A stretch of DNA of 64,000 nucleotides from Tubulanus polymorphus (lineage: Eukaryota > Animalia > Nemertea). Both the position numbers and the translations under genes were made by a program. Shown here in pieces: positions 53,660-64,000 of the stretch; position 1 is the stretch's first letter, and each line of letters starts with the position of its first letter. The DNA lies in contig NC_134026.1 of assembly GCF_964204645.1 (NCBI RefSeq), positions 11,183,950 through 11,247,949 of the forward strand, in the 5' to 3' direction. Below the pieces are notes generated by a model. The model saw only the letters and a program-made list of their open reading frames with translations, was not told where the DNA came from and did not search any database.

Positions 53660-54030
53660 TATATAATTTGACAGTGAAGAGAAGGCGACTTAGGATACTA
53701 CCTTGCATTACTCCATTGGTTGAATCTTATTTCCAAGATGAGACAGTTCCGTTGATTTCGGCCACCTTTTTTCGTTCGTTTTAAAACTGCTAAGCCATTT
53801 AAGCGACCCATGATCATTGATACCATTTTCTAATAGCTTGATTAGTAATCGCTGATGTTGTACCATATCAAATGCTTTTTGAAATCTATTAAGACTAATT
53901 AAGGCATAACAATCGATTTTCCAGTGTCAAAAAACAATCTGGTCCAATCATCCATGGTTTTAAGTAAGCCCAATTGACTGTTTGTAGACCTTCCTTTTAT
54001 AAAACCGTGTTGACCGTTGAACAGGATTCT
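53660..54030 (-). mobile_element. Decayed LINE (CR1-like) reverse transcriptase fragment
   Basis: Minus strand, with frameshifts: QHGFIKGRST, DFxKAFDMVQHQRLLIKL, NGVMQGSILS. Confidence 0.75.
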
Positions 54031-57000
54031 AAATTCCCTTCATTTCCATAGCATAGTGGGGCTGCGTCAGCATACGCGCTTTCGTGGTCGACACATTATC
54101 GAGACAAGATCAAGAATACGAACAAGGCTGTGCAGAAAACCCGTTATCGCTGTTTTGCAGCTATATTTAATAAATTATTATCATTAAATTTTTCTGAACA
54201 CGATTAATTGAAAAGATTCTTTATGTTAACACTATTTCCGATAAAGCTATTCCGATAGAGAGGATTACGTAAATCTACACATACTCAATCTGTTACAACG
54301 ATACTTAAGTACTGTCGCCCTTTAAACATCGTAAATTTGCCCGCCACTGTGAAAATATATCGTGGCATGTTCTTGCTCTTATGGATAGATAGCAGCTTAA
54401 TTTAGTCCTGCAAAATCCTTCAGTCGAGGGCACACGCAGGTGGACAAATGTATTCACTGAAAATGTATTAATTGCTTCCAGCTAAGAAAAATAAATCACC
54501 GTGGTGGTGGTCAAAGTCACCCACAAATTGAAACGTTTGAATTCTTCATACTTCATGGCTATAAAATCATTTTTTTGCTAAAAATCGGGTCGCACTATAT
54601 ATTCTGAATCCTACCTGCATTATTTTCCTTTACTGCTTATAGCATAAAGCTCGGTGTAGCCCGAGGTTTATTTCATCGTGCTTTTAGGATTTGTGACCCC
54701 TTTTTTTCTGAAAAGATGAACTGACCAAGATTGGGACTTTCTTCAAAAAGTTAGCTTACCCCAATGACCTTGAGTAAAGCTTTGTTGAGAGCCCATCGTA
54801 CCCATTATTCCTCCAAAACAAAACCTCTGAATATTGATGTGTGTAGAATCCCCTTTTAAGTCTGTAATAAGATATTTATTGGCTAAACTCGGTGCGATTT
54901 GAAGAAGCGCATCCGAGGATACAAAACCGACGTTAAAGACTTCAAACTCGAAAGTGGAGTGAATGCTGTCGACTCGAATATAACGTGTCGGAAAAGGAAA
55001 GTTTAAGCTCCTCTTCTAAACATTCCTTTTCCAACACGTTGTATTTTAGGAGAATTAAGTCGAAGAAAATATAGTGATTACAAATTTTAGGTAATTGAAT
55101 CATATTGTGCAAAATGGTTTGGCCAAAAAATCGTTGGAACATGTGATATCCAATTAAGAATTACAATTCTGCATGCATGGTCTAACATGGGAATCCATTT
55201 CTTGTGAAGAATATAACGTGCACGGTATTCATATCTAACACGTTCGCATTAAGTGCTACAAAATACATTTCATTGTTCCACTAGAGGTCTCTCAGAAAAA
55301 GAATCCCTCTCAGAAAATGAAGATAAATCTACATGTAAGGAAGAAAACAAGCAGAAAAAAAAAACAATGATATTCATCTTCATATCTCAGAAGGTTCGGT
55401 GACGCCGTGAAAACCGTTACGATAATGTTTATTACATTGATAACTACTGCGCGTTATTTAAATGGTTGTGTGAGGCTGACGTGTCTATGTCACCAATAGA
55501 TTGGGGTTTGACTGGTTGCCGGTCAATCCAATTCAATTGTCCGCCCCGGCTATCGGCATGTTCAAGCTCAAAATAACTTCATTATATTGTGATCAATCGA
55601 AGACAATATCAAGCAATATATTGATACACCGGTCACAATCCTCTCCTTAATCGTTGAATATAAAAACGTAAAGATCGGTCCCTGGCGAGAGAACGTGTCC
55701 GTGCACAAACCCAAATAATTAAACTAAAATGCCGAAATTCTGATTGAATATAATAATAATAATATAAATTTTATTTACCTTGATGATAGTAATATCTCCA
55801 GATAGTACACAGTCCAATTCCTAACTCCAAATTCCTATTGTACACTACTGTTGGTAACCCGTCCTAATTCTGGTATTTCCACCCAAATCTCAAGTATCTT
55901 AACGAGCGTCCCTGGTAAGTCTGCTTTCTCAAGACTGCGGGCCTCTTTTATGGAAAAGATCGGCATTCCTAGAATGCCGACTCTCCCGTTCGACTTTTGG
56001 CAAGGAGCAGCAACCTAGCTGTCATGACGGTTTTGGACATGTAGAATTAGCCTTAATGATTCGCTAATCTAAAATTATTTGAGAAACTGATTTGCCAAAG
56101 TAACTTTTCTTTCCAACCCTCCTGTCATAACGCGCTTTGATTTACTCACTCCCTACTCATCATCGTTGAGAGAGCAGCTATTCTCTACGAGTTACCAACA
56201 GACATGTACACCAACAGAAACCTTAGAGAGCTAGTATTGATATTTGCCACAATTAAACTTCCATAAAACTTAAGCGATTATAAAGGTCTTGTCCTTAATT
56301 AACATCCAGGATACTTAATTTAGATATATTTTCAAAACTTAGTTTTCACCTAGATTATGGAACAAACTCATCGTTTCTTTTTCCAATCAACAATAGTAAA
56401 CTTTTGATTCAGAAATACAATGTAATTAATTATCAAATCTAAAATCATTCTATACTTATTATACCAATTTTCATTTATAATTTAACTAACTCTATAATAA
56501 TACAGGATAAAGCAAAACAACAATGTCTTCCTATACTTCCGGTTCTTCCTTTTATAGAAAGTAGTCGGGAGTATCAAGAAGTAACAGCGAGATCCCTGCA
56601 CAAACCACATTATCAAAGCACCTCATCGTTCCGACCCAACCAATTACAGTTCCGTCTATCCTTAAGTTTAAAAATAATTCTGAATGTTTGCCAGATATCG
56701 CAGCACAAGAACCGAGGAAGAATTATTTTTACCCCTGGCTGATTTATTGTCAGCGCTAATAGATCAAAGCATCAAACAACAACTTGCACACATCGTTTGC
56801 TGTCTGATACCCATAAAGAAACCACCAACGCAAACAAAAACCATCATTACAAACATTTTTTAGTTACTACGGAATCTTGCTGCGGATCAATATGCATATG
56901 CTATTCATCAAGGGGTCGTAAACTCTAAAGTTAATTTCCTTTTGAAAATAATTAAAATGACTACATAAATTAGTTATTCTTTAGTTACTGTTTAATCTAA

Positions 57001-57956
57001 TAGATGGTGACAGCGTGACATCATAGTAAGACATCATAGATAATCCAAGTTAGTTTCTATGTTATTTCAGTTTGTTCACTTAAACAAGTTTATTTTGTCA
57101 TTGAATTGGAAAATTTTCTAGTGTTATAACATCGTGTACATTTTGTGTTGTCCCTCTAATACATGTCATGGGTTTGAGTGTAGAATAAATAAATAGATAA
57201 AAAGCGCGCGTAATTTATTTGAATATATGTTTTTTTATCGCGCTACTTGGCGAACGCGCAAAACCAAATCTTTAGCGCGGAAAAACGTGAACAATTTTGC
57301 TTTTGCGCGTTAAAAGTTCGTGTTTGCGCATTTTCGTGGAGGATGAAAAAAGAATTAATGACATGTCCCGAATCAGCCACCAAAAATGGTTGTTAAATCT
57401 TAAAATAATACGGAGCGCCACCTATATGAAACATTTTGGGAGAACAGTTCTTATTATGAAAATTTCCTAATACAACATTCATGGTTGCCCAGTGAACACC
57501 TGGCGATACTTTATAACTAAACATGGCTAAAAGCTGTCGCACAGTACATGTACGACAGGATTCACCCTGGTTTCTCAAATTAAATTTGATTGCATCATAT
57601 AATGCGCATACCAAATAACCACCAATTGAATTTGAATTCCCCCAATGCCAATTTTAGCAGATATGATTTATCATTGAAGAACAACATCCAGTTTATTTTG
57701 ATAGGAAAATCAACAAAGGTTTGGACCTGTACTAATTTGTTTTTGGTTCAAACCGATGTTGATTAAACTAATTCTGCATGTAATATCTTAATCTCGTCGC
57801 AGAAACCAAGAAACGACGATTTTTAATGAACAGCGTATTATCTTATTTTATAGAGTTGCTGATGCTTTGGACAGCGTGTTCTGTCGTGCGTACCGAGTGC
57901 CGCTTGTCTGGTACCGAAATCTGATATAATCTGCTTTTGCTACAAGCAATAGAAAT

Positions 57957-58913
57957 ATGCCGTCCATACATTTCGATAAATATTGCAAGAACGGTACTTT
58001 AGCCGTGCAACTATCCGACAACATTCGGATTGTAAGCTCAACCAATAATTCGCAGACGACACAGATCCGCATCACAGGTCGACATAATCCTGACAACGAC
58101 CACCAGGCAGTGTTGTATATTGTAGTCGTCTTGTTGTTTTATTCAATCGGGATTATAATTGCCATAGTGATGTATTTGAAACGCGAGCGCGTCGAGATGA
58201 TGGAAGAAAAACTATATGACAATTATTTTCAGTTCAAGGCCGATCCAGATCGCTGGGCGAGGAACTTCCGTGTTCAGCAATTCGCCTTAAGGCTGAAGGA
58301 GATCGAAGAGGAGAAACGACGACGCGAAGAGGCGATTGCCGCTCTGACGCTTAAGGTGCCATCGCCAGATGAATGCCGTACCGATCACAAGACCCATTCG
58401 CCGTTGGCAAAACTCCATTCCCCCGGTAGCTTAATACGGGCCTTTACGCAGCATCATTCCCTTAGAAAACACAGTAGACGTTCCTCAAATACGAAAGACA
58501 AAGAACACCATGTGAAAATTGAACTACCCAAAAAACATCCACAGATATCACCCAAGCATTCACCTGCCGATGAACGTGAAATGATCATTACTATGGAGAC
58601 TGAATCTAAACCTGGAACATCTACCACTGGTAGTCACAATGTCTTGAGTTCTAGTCCTTCAGAACCGTATAGAATCGGTGAACGACTTAGCTTACCGATT
58701 AACGTGTACCAATCATCGGCCGCATATCGAGAACTAGCCCCTTCTTCGCCTGGGTCCGCTGACGGGCGGATAGAAAAAAGTGCCACCATTCCTCAATTGG
58801 GAGTGACTGTGTCGCCGCCGCATGGTAGCAGTGCCGATGAATCGGAGGCGTTACTGTCTGTCACAACACCACCTTATTTAGGCCGAAGAGGAACACTTGT
58901 AACTGATCTTTAG
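57957..58913 (+). CDS. 318-aa single-pass membrane protein, KCNE/MinK-like features
   Basis: Long intact ORF in AT-rich DNA; no signal peptide; N-glycosylation sequons N12 and N30; TM helix 51-74 followed by KRER; Ser/Pro-rich tail ending RRGTLVTDL; candidate splice acceptor TTTTTATAG at ~57853 upstream of the ATG. Family call is tentative. Confidence 0.85.
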   Translation: MPSIHFDKYCKNGTLAVQLSDNIRIVSSTNNSQTTQIRITGRHNPDNDHQAVLYIVVVLLFYSIGIIIAIVMYLKRERVEMMEEKLYDNYFQFKADPDRWARNFRVQQFALRLKEIEEEKRRREEAIAALTLKVPSPDECRTDHKTHSPLAKLHSPGSLIRAFTQHHSLRKHSRRSSNTKDKEHHVKIELPKKHPQISPKHSPADEREMIITMETESKPGTSTTGSHNVLSSSPSEPYRIGERLSLPINVYQSSAAYRELAPSSPGSADGRIEKSATIPQLGVTVSPPHGSSADESEALLSVTTPPYLGRRGTLVTDL

Positions 58914-59199
58914 ATACATGTAGCAGGCATTTTAAACGAACAAAATGTGATTTTAAATGCATTTGAGCTAGCCTGTTATCAATGATGTGGAATATTCCCC
59001 CGACAGGGATTCGAACCAGATGGCGTCGAGACTCGCCACAGTACCGGAACCCTGCCACTGACACTGGACCGAGTGCGCAGCTACATACACGCTTATTTTC
59101 AAAACAAATACCCCCACATCAAAGTTCACCTCAAAATGTTCTTTCAAACATCTGGCAACAAAACTACCTTTTTCCACAAGCAAACACAATTCAAAACGT

Positions 59200-59560
59200 T
59201 ACTTAGGTCATATCTCACCTCCGCTACAATAATATTCATCAATGCGATAATACTAATTGTTAAATTACTCATTCTTCTGAACTTTCGAGCTTATTCATAC
59301 ACTCTCCTTAAACTTCAAATTCATTGATTCTCATTTCCTTCCCCTCTGTTCCTTCATTTTCCCGCTCACTGGGTGCATGTGACAGCGGCCTTAAGGCTTT
59401 GCTTGGCTCACACAGAGAGCTGCTTTTCTTTCTATGCTCTTCGTGAGAAATTGTAAATTTCATTGCTGGTTAATTGTTTTCTCTCTTTCTCTCTTAATCT
59501 CTGCATATAGCCTGTCATATGCTTTCTGTGAAATAAATTTGAACTTGAACTTAAACTTGA
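59200..59560 (+). mobile_element. 3' end of a CR1/L2-type LINE
   Basis: Pyrimidine-rich 3' region ending AATAAA followed by TTGAAC-type tandem tail. Confidence 0.45.
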
Positions 59561-60695
59561 ATATTCGCAGCTTAGATGATGTCATTCAGTAATCAGGAAT
59601 TCCACTGTATATCCACCGCAAGTTATCGTGCGGCAAACCTGCGCATGTACACGGTCTAATGTGGGAGGATTGTGCCGTGGTTGGGCCTAGCGATGATAGT
59701 TCGAATTCCCGCCCGGGGAGAATGCAACATGGGTGACTGACTGACTACATATTTGTTTTTGTTTGAACACTGATAGTGTATTAAGACTCAGCACATTTTA
59801 AAATCATTATCGACAGAAATGCGCATATAGCAGTTTTGAGCTGAAACACAATTGTGAAATATACCTGTGGATGAAATCTAAACAATATCCATATTGCGTA
59901 AACCTTCCAGTTTCAAATAACCTAAAAATTGAAATAGATTATCCCTTTTATCGATGGGGAAATGGCATCAAGTACCATGTACAGTTTGATGCCGCCGATT
60001 TTGATATCTACTTTTTCAATGCATGAATAATACATGAATAATTAGCAGTGGCGTGTGTGTAATCCAGTAATTCATACACGCATCACACATTACTTCTTTA
60101 ATTTCAATTACTGATTCGATTCGATACCAAGTTTTAGAAAAAAAAATATCGTGGTCTTAATTGCTTCTCATACTCGATGAAAAATAACGATAACGATAAT
60201 CCAGATATATAGTCTTTGTGGATTCGTTTTGATTTGTAGAACTGATATTTTGATATCATTGTCATTGCTACTGCTGTCTAAACTCTATGGTTTTCCAATA
60301 AAATTCAATGATACTTATGAATACCAATAATACTAAATAGTTCAGTAATAATTTCACATGCGTTTGTGCTACGATGAAATTTAACCCGTAGGCTTGAATG
60401 TACAGTCAAGTTGGTATTATTTGTTCATATCAAAATCAAACAAAAGATACCAGTACGTAGTAGTTGTTATATGTCGCCTGCTAATGTAAACTGCCATTTC
60501 AAGTCAAACTTGAATTGTAAACATTTTCATGTATATATAAAATACAAGCAAATACAAGCTATATCACCTTCACTATAGAAAACTTTCAAATCAAAGCGAA
60601 GAAATTTATATCGTGACACGGTTTTTAGCAGTTTCGATATACATCTAACGACAGATTGCACAGACGTATAGGTGTATCAAGGGGTTCCTTTAGCA

Positions 60696-63099
60696 ATGTC
60701 ACATAATATCAACTCAACTGACGGCACGAAAGAACTTCAGAGGACGATAATTAAACATGGAATTCTGTTGGAAGACAATTTAGTCGTTACAAGAAAGTTG
60801 CTGATTCTTTTATGCGCAGACAGTCTGTTGGAAACTGATGAACTGTTGAGGCTACAGGTAAATTTCAGAAGATGGTTATTTCATTAGATGGTTATGTCAA
60901 TTCATTACATAATAGTCTAACTCAGTAAGTATCCGTTTCGACCGTTTTAATCTAAACAATAGAGCTGTGTCCGGATGAACTTTAGGCTAGAGCTGGACCC
61001 AGTGCCACAGTCAAAATTGAAATGAAATAATTCAACAGATTCAAACATTACAGACAACAGCTGTGGAATTGGGTCCTGGCTTCGTTGTTTCAACGCAACG
61101 ACCAAACATCGCAAAAACAAGTCTTTCAAAATGATGTTTTATTTAACGTGTAAGTCTATTCATTTCACTTCAGATGTAAATGTTCTAATATATACACGTA
61201 GTAGTAAGGGAAAGCAACTTGTAGGCTGGTTGGTTTATGTTGCGTTTGATAATGGACTGCATTCAACGAATTTTTTCCAGCGATATGCCGATCCGGACGC
61301 TTGTGTTGCGGAGTTGCTTCGATTATTGAAGCGAAACAATGGACCGGGGACGCATGATACTTTTCTGAGAAATCTGGAAAAAACTGGGCAATTAGACTTA
61401 GTCGTGAAATTGACCACATATGAAAGAGAAATTGGTCTCATGGGAAAATGTAAGAAACAATTCAGTACGATTGTATTGATAACACTTTGATCGTGGTAGT
61501 GTTGTTATTATAATGGCAAGATGCATAGCAGGCAATTAATATACGTAATCTAGTCATGAAATCCCTTCTTAAGAGGAGCTATGCTGAATTGGTGAATGGT
61601 AGCACTATGTGGCTATTTTAACCGGAATATGCCCGACCCCGAGAATACTCGGGCTCAGCAGTCGGTATGATAGAATTAATTTGTTTTGATAGATATACAC
61701 ACGTATCCTCTGATGTTAGTCAATGTAATACATTTCAGGGCAAACCAGATTGGCGTCGGCGTTGGCAGACTTGTATAATTTCATACAGGTACAAGAACGT
61801 CGAATGGGCGTAAAAAATTCGATCACCGACGTGACAGTGGTTGATTATAGTGCGCAAACACCAGATGATATAAAAATACTGCGAGAAGTGTCAGGTTGTG
61901 TTCGCGACATGATAGAACAGGCAAACCGGAGCAAGGCCGTGCTGGCCAAACTTCAAGAAGAGCGCACAACAGTCGCAGAGCGGATGGCCGGAAAAATTGA
62001 CAAGATGAAAACGATAGAATCACTAGTTCGCAAAGTGCTGGACAGTGATCATAAAAAACGAGTTTCAAAAAATTCAACCACAAGAAACCTGATCAAATCA
62101 ACAGAACAAGAGGCCGATTTTCTACTCGAATCAATCGAAGACGTGGTGAAAAAATTTCAGAAAGAAACTGAACTTTATCGACTGAATGAAGCCAGGTGTA
62201 AAATGATAACCGAACGAATTATCGAAAATGTCTCAGGACGTCGATTTGTGGTCGAAAGGGCCCTCAGGTTTCAACATAAGGAAAACGATGATCAGACTCC
62301 CTTAAGCCCGCGTTTTTACGAAGGGACAGCTGAAGGTGATATACTTCAAAACATCACGACAGACCGATCACTTCTCGTCGACGAATTGGATAATTTGGAA
62401 AGACAACTGCAACATTATATGGCCGCCGAAAAAACTTTACTTGCTCGTTTAAGTGCAGCTACCCTGCATATCAAGATATCTAAGACAAATCTGGAATTTA
62501 GCGACACAGATTTAAAGTCTATGGAAGCAGAAATGAGAATCGCAAGCAGGGAAACAGTAGGTGTGATTTTCAAAGATCTTCTCAATCGCGTTCAAATCGA
62601 ACGAAAAGATACTGTTTTGGGGTTGTTAGAAATAACGAACCTGATCGAAAATCGTCTTGTAGCTTTTGGAAAGCGGCCGTCGAAAGTGAAATGCCAAACT
62701 CGTAAGAAACCCAAATTTCACCCAGATATATCGTTACCAAAAAAGGTCAACGTTGTAATGGAATATCTGAAAGAATATATCGGCGAGGAACAGAAAATAT
62801 CACAGAATTTCAGGGCCGAATTTTCGAAAAAGCGGAAGGAAATCGAAGAGAAATTATTCGTTGAATATCGGAAAGTGGAAACGTTAGAGGCAAAAATTAG
62901 AACGATTGAGGGAGAGCGAGACAAGTATAAAAAGCTCTACGAATCGGAGCGGGCGATTAAAAAATTACCAACTTCATCCAGGGTGAAACGCACAAATGAT
63001 ACGCAGGTAAAAGATAAACTAATGATTATGATACCCTGTGATACAGCCGAAGATGCAACCGAGGTAGCTTCGAAACCAAAATTATGCTCGACGTCTTAG
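60696..63099 (+). CDS. CARD (death-fold) + coiled-coil protein, 3 exons (60696-60857, 61281-61449, 61739-63099), 563 aa
   Basis: Canonical GT/AG sites with consistent phases (0, then 1: T|GG = Trp, joining the 61750 ORF in frame). Exons 1-2 give a CARD pattern (H..LL...L.V...LL..L....LL..DE...L......V..LL.LL....P.....FL..LE.T.Q..LV..L); exon 3 is E/K/R/L-rich and helical. TATA-like TATATAAAA at ~60534; AATAAA at 63168. Confidence 0.85.
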
Positions 63100-63249
63100 A
63101 TACTTTGATAAAATTCTAGTTCATTTCAGTAATAATATCATAGTTTCTTTTTATATATTTGTACAGTAATAAAACACCTCAATATAGCTGCGTACCGGCA
63201 CTGTCAGGTTCAAGCATTCTGTTATGACTGACTCTGAACAGAACAGTTT

Positions 63250-64000
63250 GGAAAGTAGAATTCAAAACAGAAGGATGTATCTTATGGACAAGATCATGAG
63301 AACTTAAATATCAAGTTTAACCCAAAATAACTTTTGTTTTTTACGATTGATAATGTTACTTGAATACATAATAATCCTTCTTGTGAAAGCTTAGCAGTCA
63401 TGAATGATGGATTACTGAAATATCAACGATTGAAAAGTGTAAATTTGAAGGAATTTTCACATTACGTAGTTCATCTGATATCAATGTAAATGGCGCTGAT
63501 GATGACATGATATCGGCCCCACGCTGAATTGAAGTCAGCGCGATTTCTAGCTTCATATTGATATTCGTGGCATTTAAAGTTTTAGTTATCCCCGTTTATC
63601 TTATATGAATGAGGGATGTCAGTCTATTCTATATGCTCAAAAATTAAAGAAACTGTTCAAATCGAATTTCGAAATAGACCTTTAATGCTCGTTCGTAACC
63701 ACTAAGATTCAGAATTTCTTTTCACTTAAATGTCCGACTCCTAAATCCTTGAAAGCTATGGTTGTCTACAAGTACACTTGTTTATGTGATATTAGCACTG
63801 CCTATATAGGTAAAACAAATACACACCTAGTAACAAGAGTTTAGGAGCACAAACTTAAGACTTCAGCAAATGACCAACATCTGTCAAATTGCCGTGACTG
63901 TCAGGTCTCGTTTAGCGAAAAGAATTTCAAAATTTTAGATAAAGGATCTTCTGATTTAGATTGCAAAATTAGAGAAGCACTTTTTATCAAAACTCAACAG
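63250..64000 (+). mobile_element. Decayed Penelope-like retroelement (RT C-terminus + GIY-YIG endonuclease), runs off the window
   Basis: FFSLKCPTPKSLKAMVVYKYTCLCDISTAYIGKTNTHLVTRV*EH...NFKILD...CKIREALFIK; in-frame stop. Confidence 0.85.

Noticed and set aside
58995-59060. tRNA-like B-box motifs (also ~28890 and ~59700)
   Set aside because: No cloverleaf; most likely SINE head fragments.

Overview
AT-rich eukaryotic (metazoan, probably invertebrate) genomic DNA dominated by nested transposable elements. The only convincing host genes lie at the right end: a single-exon single-pass membrane protein with KCNE/MinK-like features (57957-58913) and a 3-exon CARD + coiled-coil gene (60696-63099). 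Mobile DNA includes several Helentron-associated HINE-like elements with a 154-bp internal satellite, a 2.1-kb foldback element built from 205-bp self-inverted units, a decayed intron-rich CaRF-related MULE transposase gene (SWIM + Ulp1-like protease), a full-length but frameshifted Ty1/Copia element, LINE and Penelope remnants, a SINE and MITEs with 2-, 3-, 5- and 6-bp TSDs. The most unusual structure is a 7.5-kb, apparently non-coding element (18235-25751) with long imperfect TIRs ending AAC...GTT. It is flanked exactly at both ends by pure, same-orientation (ATGG)n arrays of 54 and 287 units, and the left array begins inside the MULE coding sequence. All alignments were done by eye; family assignments come from remembered motifs, not database searches.
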